From: Azolla caroliniana
Lineage: Eukaryota > Plantae > Polypodiophyta
NCBI GenBank assembly: GCA_043228905.1
Contig: JBHGNT010000008.1
Location: 15,872,001-15,936,000 of the forward strand
Length of the DNA stretch: 64,000 nucleotides
Direction: 5' to 3'
Below, in pieces: positions 11,462 through 24,442 of the stretch. Numbering within the stretch: position 1 is the stretch's first letter; each line of letters starts with the position of its first letter. The notes beneath the pieces were generated by a model. The model was not told the origin of the DNA and did no database searches. It saw nothing but the letters and a program-made list of their open reading frames with translations. The position numbers were made by a program, and so were the translations under genes.

Positions 11462-14400
11462 TGTTGGAGTCTTAGACCATAAGTGCAGAAACAATAACAT
11501 CTATGTTAAGAAGATCACCAAGTTAACAAGTTAAAGCAATATCAAGGAGATAGAGAGGGAGAGAGACAAAGAGGCATACAATGTGACAGTCTTATTCCAA
11601 AAGTTACAAATTACAATACAAGAATGGCACTATCAACATCTACATGAACTAGGTTACAAAGCCAGTTATATACTAACTGGGCTAGGGCAACTGCCCATTG
11701 ACATATTTACATTATTGTCCTAAACCTAGTCTATCCAAAAGGACAGTGTGAATATGACCATTATACACCCGTATTCGACACTCCCCCCGTAATGACCGTA
11801 TACGACAAAAACTTTGTGTGAACAGAGATACAGATTTATACAAAGTTATCGGACAAGTCAACTTTTGTCCGAATTCGTCAATGTCCTAGAAACAAGAAGC
11901 CGACCGAACGAGTTGAGCTCGAGTCGGCTGATTTGAAAGTGAGTCCTTGTTGGAGAGTTTGGAGCTGAGTTGACTATGCTGATTATCGATGCCGAATGTT
12001 CGACTTAATCAAATTGATTTCTTTGAACGCCCATTTGGTGCCGAAGAGACTAGAAACGGTCTGTCGGAAGACACTTGGTCATCCCATTTGTGACATTATT
12101 GGTTGTATGTATCTTCTCGAGGCCGATTTTCCTTGAAATGACGCAGTCCCGAACAAAGTGATATCTCACATTGATATGCTTCGAGGCGTTGTGTTGGACC
12201 GGATTTCTCGATAGAGCAACAACACCTTGATTGTCACTATTGACAACTAGAGTCGAGTTGGAGTTGGAGTCAAAGTTGACTTGTCCAAACGTGTGTGCCA
12301 AGCCATAAGGCCTCTTTCGCCGTGTCGGATGTGGCTACATATTCGGCCTCGGTCGTTGACGTAACAGTGCACTCTTGAAGTTTCGACTTTCATGAGATTG
12401 CTCAATTGCTGAATTTAAAGCAGTATCTAATTGTCGATTTTCGACTATCCACACAATCGACAAAGTCCGAGTCAGTATAACCCGATTACGCCTAAAGAAT
12501 CGTTCGGGCCGAATAGGATGCTGTAATCTTTTGTGCCCACAAGGTATCTGAACACATGCTTTACTGCATTCCAATGTGATCGGTCGAGATTATGCATGAA
12601 TTTGCTGATGACTCCTATGGTGTGAACAATGTCACGCCGTGTCACGACCATCGCGTACATCAGGGAGCCGACTGCCGATGCATATGATACCGACTTCATA
12701 TCTTCCCTCTCCCGACCAGATGTTGGGCAGTCTCGCTGAGATAGCTGAAGGTTAATGGGGAGTGGGGTTGAGGCAGATTTGGTCGATTGCATGTTGAAGC
12801 GTACTAAGACACGTCCAATATAGTCGGTTTGAGACAAGACCAACTATTTTCAATTCTAAAGATGACTTATTTTCATCCCTAGAATGTGTCTTGTCAGACA
12901 AAGGTCCTTCATGGTGAACTTCAACCGCAGTTGCCGAACAAGATCGACAAGCTCTCTAGCATGCCGACAAGAGAGTAGCATGTTGTCCACGTAGATGATG
13001 AGGAAGATGGGTGATCCATCTTGAGCTACTTTGGTGAAGAGGCAATGGTCCTCATCGCTCTTTGAGAAGCCAACCTATTGGATGAGGTCGCCGAACTTCT
13101 TGCACCACTGCCGTGGTGCTTACTTCAAGCCATATAGACTCTTCTTGAGTCGGCGGCATACTAGAAGTTCTTGACTGAGTTCAACAAAGCCTTTTGGTTG
13201 TTCCATGTAGATATCCGGCTCGAGGTAATCGAGGAGGAATGCCATCTTCACGTCTAGTTGGATTAGCTACAGATCCTCGGTTGCCACGACGCCGAGCATA
13301 AAGCATAGGGTTGTCATTTTCACCACTGGTGAAAAGATTTCGTTGAAGTTGACATCGTATTTCTATTGAAACCCGTTCGCTACTAATATGGCCTTGAATT
13401 TTGGGTTGGTCAAATCAGACGTCTCTTTTAGTCTATAGACCCACTTGCATCGAAGACCATGTCGATTTTTCGGTAATTCAACTAGGTCCCAAGTATTGTT
13501 TTGCTGAATGTAGTTCATTTCTGACTCCATCACCAGATGCCATGTGGCTGAATCGATTGATGCTGATGCTTCTTTGTATGACGTTGGCTCACCAACGTCC
13601 ATGAAGAAGATTCAAGGAGAGTACCTCTCCAGAGGTTGTGATAGTCTTTCGGATCTTCTTGGTATGACTGGGCTAGCCTAATTCGGTGTTTGGGTCAGAT
13701 GGTCCGGAGCCGAGACATTCGGCTATGCCAAATCGGTTGGAGTCGTTTCGGTGCTAGAGGGTTCAACTCCCCATGAAGCCAACCTTGTATTATGGGTTGG
13801 GCCATCATGAAGGGCCGACACTTTTGAGAAAGTTACCCTTTGGACTTCAATAGGCCTTTCAGCCGTCTTGTGCATAACCGAGTCATTGAACATTACGTCC
13901 GAACTTCAGACAATTTGTTTGTGCTCGGGGTTCCAGAGTCGATATTCGATCTCGCCGTCTGGTCCATTGGCAAGGAAAATGCATTTCTTGGACCTTGGTG
14001 CGAGTTTTCAGCGATTGTCTTTAGTTATGAGGGCATATGCCTCACATCTGAAAATCCTTAGCTTGTCATAATTTGACTTATTATTGGTCCATAATTCCTC
14101 AGGTATTCGAAATCCTAGAGGCCTACTCGGCGACATATTGATTATGTGTATTGTTGTAAGTAGGGCCTTTGCCCAGAAGCCATCCCATAATCTAGAGTTT
14201 TGGAGCATGGACGTTATTCCTTCCTAAATTGTCCGATTCATCCATTCGGAAATTCCATTCTACTACGGATTATGAGGTGTCGTGTATTCACACCTGATGC
14301 TGTGTTGTCCGCAAAATTTGGCGGATTCCTCTAATCTGAACTCTCCCCCAATATTAGTCTGAAGACATTTCAATTTTCGACCATGGTGAGCCATTAAGAA

Positions 14401-14785
14401 GATATCGAGAATGCTCGATCTTTGGTTTTGGTCGGAAAGGCCCACACCTTCCGAGTCGAATCGTCGATGAAGCTAACGAAGAAGGAGGCTCGACCAAGGG
14501 ATTGATGTGGCATCGGGCCACAAACGTCCAAATGGACTAAATCGAGTGGACTCGATTCTCTTGCGGTTGTTGTCGGGTGTGAGATTGTGGCTTGTTTGCC
14601 GTATTGGCAATGATCGCAAAACTGGTGATCCGAGAAGGAGAGTTTAGGGATGTATCTGGCTCTCGATAAATGCGTGATGTCGGCCTTGCTGAGGTGTCCG
14701 AGCCGGCCATGCCACAGGGATGACACGGGAATATCGACCAAAAACAAGTCACCCTCTCTAAATGTGACATATAGTGGGTACAAGT
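11462..14785 (-). mobile_element. Degraded Ty1/Copia (family C1): 3' LTR 11462-11780, PPT, RNase H, RT and integrase; continues at 26761
   Basis: LTR TGTTGGAGTC...TTCGACA adjacent to PPT (rc CGGGGGGAG). Minus-strand fragments SKHINVRYHFVRD, YASAVGSLMYAMV, WDLVELPK, VHLDVCGPM and WHGRLGH; many stops. Confidence 0.9.
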
Positions 14786-16207
14786 TGATGTTGATATGAT
14801 TGTGGGCAACGGATGATGATGACCTGTAGTAAGATGTGTATAGCAAACAAAGTAGATATGGAACAAGAAGAAGATGAAGAAAGGTAGACGATAGACACAG
14901 TTTGAGCTTCAATGGAAGTTCTTTGTTATTCTCTTCTTTGTAACCCTTACACTTTGAGAATCAAGATTATTGTTGTTACAGTGTTAGGGTTGAGCTTATA
15001 TACTCAAGCCTTAACAAGAGGACGTGCTCACACTAAAGATACAAGTGGTAGGAGTCGTCCTTTTATGCCAACAAACTCCCCCGTAAAAGGGATACTCTTT
15101 CCTATGTATACAAGTAATTGGGGTTATCTCCCTCGTGAACTTAGATTACAAATCTAATCTATAGTTACAAGTATACATACGAGGTTGTCAACATTTGGTT
15201 GAATTTGCAAGGTAAGGTAGAGCTCTAGCCTTATTCAGTTAGTTATCTGGATTGCATGTCATCCGAATCAGTTCGCTCGTTCGCTTTGTTTGTTTCCTGC
15301 TTGTGCTTGCTCCTGTGCTCCTCATTGTATCCTCGATTTGTCTTCAGGTTCGTTCGCCCCTCTATCGTTTCCTTTCTAGTTGGTATCTTGGCTCAGTGTT
15401 GCATCTTCAACTCCTTGGTATTCTGATTCTATGGACTCTGCCTTTTCGGCTTGCCCGATCGGGCTGGTGTCGCGGAAATCCGCGCGTGCGTGTCGGATCC
15501 GGGCGGGATCACTGGGGTCTTGAACTAGGGAGTACGAAAAGGGAAAGAAAATAGGGAGCTTAATTGAGCCTCCGAGCACAAAAAGGGGAGGAACAATCTT
15601 GAAAGATTAGAAAGATTAAGGGCTAGATCAAGAGGAGATTCATCAAACAAATTGTATTACAAAAACCACCACATGATTTACAACAGTGGCCATATAGGCC
15701 GAACTTAAGCACCACTAGACAAAACCTAACCCGATAGGGAGAAGAAGTAGAAGAACTAAACCCTAATGAAAGGAAATGATAGAGAGTGGAACCTCAAAGC
15801 AAAACCTAAAACAAAATGGGATAAGAATAACTAAAACCCTAACGGTCTACCTCAAAACAACAAAATGGCGACCCTCCACCTCACTCCTTTTTATAGTAGA
15901 AAGGAGTGAGGTGAATATTTGCCTTGACCTTAGGAAGAGAGATTGATGGGGCCTTAACTCCCTCTCCTCTAGTACACACACTACCATGCCCACTACTCAC
16001 TACACTTGTACTTCCCCGTACTCTCCTTTAGTCTACATGTGCATATACACATAAGTGCACATCATATTTACACTTCACGAACTTTGTAGTGCACTTTTTT
16101 ATTTTTATTTTTTAAGTAGCAATTCATTTCGCATTTCATTGTTTTTTTTTTCCAAACAAGATATCCTTCCATTTGTTTTAAAAAGCGTATCTCCTACAAA
16201 ATACAAC

Positions 16208-16590
16208 CAATAGGTCAACGCTGCTGCTTCCAGCAACACCTTTGTTACAAAAAACTTCAAAAGCTTCCTTTAGAGCCTTGTGAAAAAGGGAATGATGTAC
16301 AAAGCATTACTCACCTATTGCAAATATTTATTTTGCAATTCAAACACATTTCGTACAAATGCTTGGTCTAATCCTGAATGCATGGCATCCTGAATGCTTC
16401 TTTTCCAATAGTTGTTTTGGAGGTAAATTGACCTCCACACTGTTGCTTCAGCTTTGCTTCATGTTCATCATTTGCACTCTTGTCAAATAGAAGCCTCCGA
16501 TCAAGCTTCTTCCTTTAGAAATCTGCAATTAGATCCTTATGACTTATGTATGCAAGAAGATTAACAACCTTTTCAAGTGTTTCCAAATCA
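16208..16590 (-). pseudogene. CUL1: Scrambled CULLIN1-like coding fragments
   Basis: Minus-strand translation gives [55 protein letters not shown] (~16584-16417), [12 protein letters not shown] (~16414-16379) and [18 protein letters not shown]...[27 protein letters not shown] (~16374-16208). Each matches plant CUL1 peptides as I recall them. Confidence 0.88.
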
Positions 16591-16599
16591 TCTGAAAAG

Positions 16600-16890
16600 C
16601 TGAAACAACCATCAAATGAAGTGACCACATCTGGCATTACAAGTTCATGCTGCAATTCAATAAAAAGATGAAATGCTTCCTCTTCTTCCCCTTGATTGTT
16701 GCTGCAATATGCATCACTTAAAGTATTCCATGAGACTACAATCATCTCACACATATCTTCAAATGTCGATGGAGTTTCTTCCAAAGCACCACCTTTGCCA
16801 TACATATCGATGAGTAAAGTACTGACCATAATATATTTTTCAATCTCATCTCAAACCACATGTTCATGAATAATATACCCATCTCTCAAT
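16600..16890 (-). pseudogene. PLS-class PPR gene fragment
   Basis: IHEHVV...VSTLLIDMYGKGGALEE..F..M....VVSWNTL..AY...QGEEEEAFHLF..LQ....PDVVT matches L/S/P motifs of editing-type PPR proteins. Confidence 0.8.
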
Positions 16891-16949
16891 GACCCTCAAG
16901 AAAATATGCTTCAACCCCTACACCTTCTTCACTCATCCTTATAGCAAAG

Positions 16950-17528
16950 AATTCTTCATTCAATCCACATCAATCATCTCACTAATCACGCCAAGTTCCT
17001 GTACAACTAAAAACGAAATAAATTTAAACTATCTCCTCCTCCCTCATGGTCTGCTTCGGCTCCCACACCGTCGTCACTCATCTTCTCATCATATTATTAT
17101 GCTTCAATCCCTATTGCCGCACCATCAACACACATCATAATGACAAAACCTAAAATGTTCTTCATTCAGTCCACATCAACATCTTAATGAGCCGACCATC
17201 TTGGCATCTCGCCAATGGCCATGAAAATCTTGTATTAACAATAGAAAATTAGTCTAAAAGTTTCCTCACCTACTCATGGTAGCCGACTTCGACCCCCCCA
17301 CCATCTTCACTCATCCTTGCAGAAAAAATTTCAGAAAAAATTTCTTCATTCAGTCCACATCACCATCTCGCCGATTACCACCGAATTCCTGTACAAATAC
17401 CAATAAAATGAGTCCACAATATTTCCTTCTCTCCTCATGATCTGCTTCGTCCTCCACACCATCATCACTTATCCTCTCATGATAGCGATATGCTTCAACC
17501 TCTACCATCATTATTCCTCACCCTAATG

Positions 17529-17581
<53 letters not shown>

Positions 17582-17825
17582 CTCCCAAACGATGTCGTAT
17601 ATGAACAGAATGATATTATAGTACCCTCATCACCTCTAAACAAACAATGCTTCGACCCACACACCATCTCAAGTCCGCCTTATGAAAAAAAATTCTTCAT
17701 TCAGTCCACATCAACCATCTCGCCAAATTCTTGTATAAATAACAACAAAATGAATGCAGACTATTTCCCATCATCATAAGTCATCGTAGTGAGAAACCTA
17801 AAAACTTCTTCATTCAGTTCACCTA
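16950..17825. repeat. Degenerate repeats (core TTCTTCATTCAGTCCACATCA, ~5 copies) and a (TA)n microsatellite at ~17536-17577
   Basis: The core recurs at ~16952, 17158, 17342, 17693 and 17807. Confidence 0.7.
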
Positions 17826-19292
17826 ACAAAGAAAAGAGAAAAACAAACTCCAAATTTGAAAATTACTAAACTCACAAGTAATTCTCCCTTTCAGTCAAAG
17901 TGACACCACTCTCCTCTCTGTTCATTAAATCGGTTCTAGCCCTCAACATCTTCATCATTCATCCTTTTCCAAAATTAGAAGATGCTTCATTTTCCTCATC
18001 CACCATCTCACCCCTATCACTCCACATGCCTGCCCCTATCACATCCGCCTCTCTATGTCATTCCTCACAACTATGTTTGAAATAAGAAAGGACTAGGAGG
18101 AGGGAATAGCCAACGTGGTGGAGCATAATTCCAACGATCTTCATGTGATTCATCTAGCTAGAGAGGTATTGGCCACCATATTTTACGAAGTTTTCGCCTT
18201 TTCTTATGCACCTTTTCCGGCGTTCCTTTAATACTATCATACTCTCCCTTAACCGTGTGCACCAAGTTGTCCCAAAACATCTTAATCATATCGACAACAT
18301 TCTAGTCGATGCCTTCATATTTCTTGCTGCAACAACACTTCCACCATACCCATAAAGTATTAATTGAGACAATATTCCAAACAAAAGAATTTTTAAAATA
18401 TTTACCACCAACAATGTTAGGACAGATTGCTTCAATTATACTCTCTAACATACGTAATGCTTCGATGCGTTGCTCCGCCTCATACAAAGATACCTGCACA
18501 TTCAAAGACCCCCAGAAAACAGCCCCCCATGTAAAAATTGCTCCCCTATATTTACAAGAAAACATCCTCAATATTCTTCCCCAATAGTTTCGAGCTACAT
18601 TACAAGTCCAAAATAAATGTTTTAAAGTTTCCTCCTATACTTGGCAACACACACAATGATGATCATCGACTTGCCCTTTTAAATGAAAACCTACAGGTAA
18701 AGCATAATGAATCATTAACCACTTAAAAGAAATTGCTCTCCGCATACATGGTAAAGCCCATAAAGTTTTCCAAAATGTCCCCATATATTGATGCGATATA
18801 GCACCTGACTCCCAATGCTTTTGTATAGCAGGATTTACGCATTGTCGTTGCATAAAAAATTGTCTCCCATATGCCACAGAGTATTGGAAAAACGGGAGAA
18901 TCCTACTCACTTGTTCATTTGTCGAGGAACAACCAACAAAATGCCATGCATAATCAGCTGGGTCCCACTTCAGATGTGCCACTGTCTTACTTTGGAATAC
19001 GTATATTTGTATTGCATGATCCGCCAAAAAAGGGCTCGGATCTAAGAAAATTTTCTTATCTAACCGAGCAATAACCCTAATGGGTTTTTCGGAGGCTAGC
19101 TGCATAACTTCAGCTTCTTCATCCACTAAAGATAAAAGAGCATCATCGCCAACTTCATAAAATCTTATTTGACCCTGATTAGCATAAGCTCGAGCACCTA
19201 TTAAAACACCCAATGAAGAGAAAAGACCTTACACCTTACATTTGTAGTGCACTTTTAGCACCTTACACCTTACATTTGTTTCTTATTCTTAT

Positions 19293-22200
19293 TGTTGAGA
19301 ATTAAGCTCAACATAATACAACGTGTGGGCAAACCTCTTGAGAATCTATGATTACTCAAAGGTCAAGAGTCACACCACTACTTTCTACACATTAACTATG
19401 TGTCATAGAATCATATTCTATGACACATAACTAATGAGTTACATATTCCCCATGACTATGGGTCTTCACATTCCCCAAGAGAGAGAGTGGTTGGTGTAGT
19501 TAGTTAATGAAGAGAGAGGGTGACTCTATATAAAGCACCCTCCTCATACTTCATACAAAGTCGGTTGTGACTCCTTGTTATGCTACATTTTGTAATTCTT
19601 ATTCTACTTGTGAAATATACACATTCTTCTTGAGTATTCTATTTCTATTCTATTTTATCTATCTTGAGTTCTCTTTTCTCTCCTCTCTTTTTCTCTCACA
19701 CATATATGCACATAATGCACATCTATTCCACCGCACATGAATCACCATCAATTCTTTATATGGTATCATAGCGATTTGGTAGCTTGATCTAGCCCATTCG
19801 CCTCATTGTGATCATATGTTGTGATCTATGCCGATGTTCAAGAAGAACCGGCTCATCGCTATCGTAGTACCACTACATAGCTCGTGTTCGAGAGAGGAGG
19901 AAAAGAAGAAAGGAAGCTTAATTGACAATGAATACTCAAATGGGGAGCGCTCTCCCTAGCGAGAAGTTGGATCGAAACAACTTTGCATCTTGGGAGTACA
20001 AGATGCACCAGTACCTTGTTGGCCAAGGCTATTGGGGTTACATCAAAGGAGCACAAGAAAACCTACCCGACCCGAAAGACGCCAACTACGCAACATGGGA
20101 GCAAACGGCAAGCCAAGTGATGTATTGCTTGGCGATATGTGTTCACGACCACATGCTCACCCACATTCGAGAAGCCGAGACGCCGAGGAAGCGTGGGAGA
20201 ATCTACGAAAGATTTTCGCCACCAACACGACCACGAGAAAGCTTCAACTTTGCCAAGAGTTGAACAACATCCAACAATGGGATATGTCCATCACAAGCTA
20301 CACCTTGAAGATCAAGGAGCTTTGTGTTGCACTCGGCTCGATAAGCGTCAATGTGGAGGATGAAGAAATGGTGCAAATATGCCTCGACAGCCTTGCACCA
20401 CGGTTCATCGCGATGCGGACCTCCATACTAGCACGAGAGAATCCACCCTCCTTCTTCGTTCTCCAATCCATGTTGTTGGTCGAAGAAAAACATGTTCGAA
20501 CAAAGAGCAACGCCTCCGAAGGCCACATGCTTTACTCACACTTGGACAGAGGAAGAGGATGCGGTCGTGCAAGAAGAGTCCGATTCGGCCAAGGACGAGG
20601 CGAACAAGGCCCGACTTACGAAAACAACTCGCAATTTCGACATCAAGACGGAAGCCATCGAGGAACCTTCAGAAGAAGGGGGAGCTTCCATTCAGGTCCA
20701 AGCTGACAAAACTCGTTCGAATGCGAATATTACGGAAAAATCTGTCACCACGAAGAAGAGTGCCGTAAGAAGATATGCGAGTCGGCTTCCACTAGCCGAC
20801 AACTCACCCATTACGCCTTTATGATTAAGGTAGTGATAGTACGAGAGCCGGAAACATTTTCCGAAGCCGCGAAGGACCCCAAATGGGTTGAAGCGATGAA
20901 GGAGGAGATGCAATCAGTCTCCAAGAATGAGACATGGGATCTCGTTCCCCACTCGCTGCACTAGAAGGCAATTGGCTATAGATGGATCTACAAGGTGAAG
21001 TATAATGCCGACGGCTCCGTAAACTGGTACAAAGCTCGACTCGTAGCGAAAGGATACGCTCAGACGCATGGAGTAAACTATGGAGAGACATTTGCCCTGG
21101 TGGCAAAGATGACGACCGTGCGGACCATAATTGCACTCACAACGGCGAAAGGGTGGCACCTCCACCAGATGGATGTCAAGAATGCTTTCCTCCAAGGCGA
21201 ATTAGAAGAGGAGGTTTACATGGTACAACCTCCTGGTTTCGAATCATGGAATCATCCGAGAGCCGTGTGCCGAATCAAGAAGCCACTCTACGGCCTCAAG
21301 CAAGCACCGCGTGCTTGACATTTGAAGATTACGCAATATCTTCATCAAATCGGCTTTCGAATGTTGAAATCCGACAACTCCCTGTACGTACGAAACGACT
21401 CCCTGTATGAAGCTCGATTGTCATTATCCTATACGTGGATGATCTGGTTATTGGAGGTGAGCATTTAGTTGACATCAACAAGGTGAAGTCCCTCCTCTCC
21501 AACAAATTCGAGATGACGGACATGAAAGAGCTTCATTACTTCCTAGGCAGCGAGGTAATTCGGACTTTGGCCAGCATTATGATCTCCCAATGACACTACA
21601 TCCTCAACTTGTTATACAAGTTCGGGATGACTCAGTGTAAATCCGTGGCAACCCCTTTTGATAGAAACCTCAAATTGGATGCCGACTCTGGCACGGAAGA
21701 GTGTGAGCCGACCCAATATCGTCAAATGATCGGGAGCCTCATCTATCTCACGATCACTCGACCTGACCTTAGCTATCTAGTCGGCCTTCTTAGCCAGTTC
21801 ATGCAAACTCCGCGAGATATTCATTTTGATTGTGCTAAGCAAGTATTACGATACGTGAGTAGCACAATGGATTACAACATCCTCTATGCATCGGCCACAC
21901 CAATTCGACTCGAAGGGTACACGGATGCCGACTGGGCCAGCTATAGAGTTGATGGACGATCGACCTCCGGATTTGTCTTCTCGCTTGGTAGTGGAGCAAT
22001 ATCTTGGAGTAGTAAGAAGCAACCTACCGTCGCACTTTTGAGTACGGAGGCCGAATACAGGGGCGTTGCCATAGCTGCATGTGAAGTTGTATGACTCAAG
22101 AGGATTTTGAAGGATCTGGGCATCCCCATCAAGGATCCAACTCCCATTTAGTGCGACAACATGAGCAATATATATTTGGCTCGGAACCCGGTGTTCCACG

Positions 22201-22922
22201 CACGCACAAAGCATATCGAAGTGCACTATCACTTCATTCGAGAGCGTGTACAGGCCAGAGATGTCGACCTTCAACACATCAACACGAATCTTCAAACAAC
22301 CGACATCTTCACCAAAGCCTTAGGAGCCGACAAGCTTCGACAATTCATGTCAGACCTTGGATTGATGATCCCTGACTTGCCAAGCTTGAGGGGGAGTACA
22401 AGCGAGAACCAGATACCATCTGAGGAACCGACCCGAGTTGAGCTTGAGGGGGCGTGTTGAGAATCAAGCTCAACATAGTACAACGTGTGAACACACCTCT
22501 TGAGAATCTATGATTACTCAAAGGTCAAGAGTCATACCACTACTCTCTACACATTAACTATGTGTCATAGAATCATATTCTATGACACATAACTAATGAG
22601 TTGCATATTCCCCATGACTATGAGTCTTCACATTCCCCAAGAGAGAGAGCGGTTGTTGTAGTTAGTTAATGAAGAGAGAGGGTGACTCTATATAAAGCAC
22701 CCTCCTCATACTTCATACAAAGTCGGTTGTGACTCCTTGTTATGCTACATTTTGTAATTCTTATTCTACTTGTGAAATATACACCTTCTTCTTGAGTATT
22801 CTATTTCCATTCTATTTTATCTATCTTGAGTTCTCTTTTCTCTCCTCTCTTTTTCTCTCACACATATACGCACATAACACACTTATATTCCACTGCACAA
22901 GAATCACCATCAATTCTTTACA
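19293..22922 (+). mobile_element. Ty1/Copia (family B), internally deleted (no protease or integrase); 468-bp LTRs at 19293-19760 and 22455-22922
   Basis: Perfect TSD CTTAT; PBS TGGTATCATAGC at 19761; near-identical LTRs. gag (EKLDRNNFASW..) joins directly to pre-RT EPETFSEA at ~20815; RT YVDD and RNase H follow. Confidence 0.95.
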
Positions 22923-24442
22923 CTTATTTTACAAATTTACTATGTTCATGTGCAATGTTGCACATCTTGTTTTATCTGTCCCTCTCGGGTTTTCTCACCA
23001 TAGTCGAAAATCCTCAGGACATCCACCCCCACCAAACCGCACATCCACTGATATGTGCCAAGAAAGGGGAAGAGGTGAGATTTTCGGCAATGGTGATCAA
23101 CCAAGTTCCTTCACGTCCTCGTTGAGCTTGCCCAACTTACTTTTCCCCTTCGAGCATGCCCATCCTTTCTATACGAACCACCGTAGCCTCTTGATCCACC
23201 GTGTCTACCGCATGTCCTCGAACCATCGGCCCCATCCGATCCACCATATCCGGCATTTGTACCTTCCTCCCCATTTGATTGTTGTGTACCTCCCGAACGA
23301 TGTTGTCGATCTGATCGTTCTTCCTTTGTCCTCCACACATGACCTCCGGTTGGACTCCCGACTAGTCCGACTACATGTCGGATACCATCCCTCGTGCACC
23401 TCGTATTTCCCTCCTTCGAACCGACCGTCTCTTCGTCCCAAGTACCTCGGCGTGCCATCTCCCTTCATTCCGCGTTTGCCTTCCGAAGGCTCTACACGTA
23501 CATCGACGTAGACCTCCTTCAAATATGTGCCCGTCTCTAGGGCTTTACGTGACCGAATTGCACACTTCTCGTTTCGCCCTTCCTTGGGTACCGTCGATCC
23601 ATCATCCTTGTTGACGTTCTCCATAGCCTCCGTAATCGTTGTCTCCTCCTGAAGAACACTTCTCGAATCTGCTTGGCCCGCCAACTCCTCGCCGCCACCA
23701 CCCTCCGTCTCTTTGGTCTTATATCGATCCGCAATCGCCGAAGTCTCAAGAGTAGGTGTGGAGGGCTCTTCTTGTTCTCGGTCTTCCTCCGAGTCATAGT
23801 TGTCGTGCCCGCTTGGCCTCCTCCTCGTGCTCACCGGCTTGAAACGGGTGTTGTGGGTTGTTTGCCTCGATCATCAGTTAGGCAGGCTTAGCCCTTGTCC
23901 GGGTCGGTCTTAGCCGATTGGTTTTCAGCTCCATTAACCTTCTTCCGCATTCGCATTCGGCCAAATCGAGCTCGACCGAACAATTTTGGCCGAATCAACT
24001 CCCTTTCAAGTTGGACCCGGTCGATCAGATCCCGTTTGGTTCTTCTTTCGTTCAGGCTTGAATACTTGCAGGATTGTCTTCCATTTGAGTCAGATTACCG
24101 GCCGGAACGGTTCCCGACTCTCCTTTCCTTGCCGCATCCAGCCTCTTCATTGATCTTCACCACTATTTTCCCTTCGTCCTCCTCGTCCACCTCCTTCTTT
24201 ACGTGCGTGTTAGCCTCGGGCCACCTCCCATCTCTCCGGTCTTATGTTGGTAATTGGGCACAACAACCGAAGTCTCTGAAATCGGTGTTGAGGGATCTCG
24301 TCTTCGTTCGCTATCAATTACCTTGTTATCCTTGCCGTCGCAACTTGTCCATAACCACCTCCGTTCGGATGCCATTGTCCATGGCTATGTCGTCCTCGAT
24401 TATGCTTGCATCATCTTCGTTCGATGTTTTGGGTAAACGCGT

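Larger units (their letters stand above)
16099..19240 (-). mobile_element. 5'-truncated L1/LINE insertion with ~2 kb of 3' cargo, A-rich tail and 16-bp TSD
   Basis: TSD TTTGTAGTGCACTTTT at 16083-16098 and 19241-19256; T-rich tail at 16099-16113. ORF2 C-terminus ~18060-19227 has zf-RVT (FWKTLW..KWLMIHYALPV..CVCC..ETLKHLFWTC) and WNYAPPRWLFPPP. Confidence 0.82.
15468..23200 (-). mobile_element. Gypsy (family G) 3' LTR split into 15468-16098, 19257-19292 and 22928-23021, plus PPT and adjacent internal sequence
   Basis: The 15468 end resembles the reverse complement of the family LTR end (..GAACCCCGGCGGTTCC..CACGACA). At 23021 the rc reads GGTTTGGTGGGGGTGGA-TGTCC, matching the PPT/LTR start at 44088-44106. 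Confidence 0.7.

Noticed and set aside
14773-14786. 14-nt identity AGTGGGTACAAGTT with 26281-26294, suggesting homology-directed insertion
   Set aside because: Both encode the conserved LYPL motif of related Copia pol genes, and an ordinary 5-bp TSD explains the junction.
16515-16829. Functional PPR-cullin fusion gene
   Set aside because: Stop codon after DLIADF, deletions and frameshifts; treated as pseudogenic cargo.
22729-23511. 260-aa plus-strand ORF
   Set aside because: Crosses a Copia LTR/Gypsy LTR junction and has no recognisable domain.
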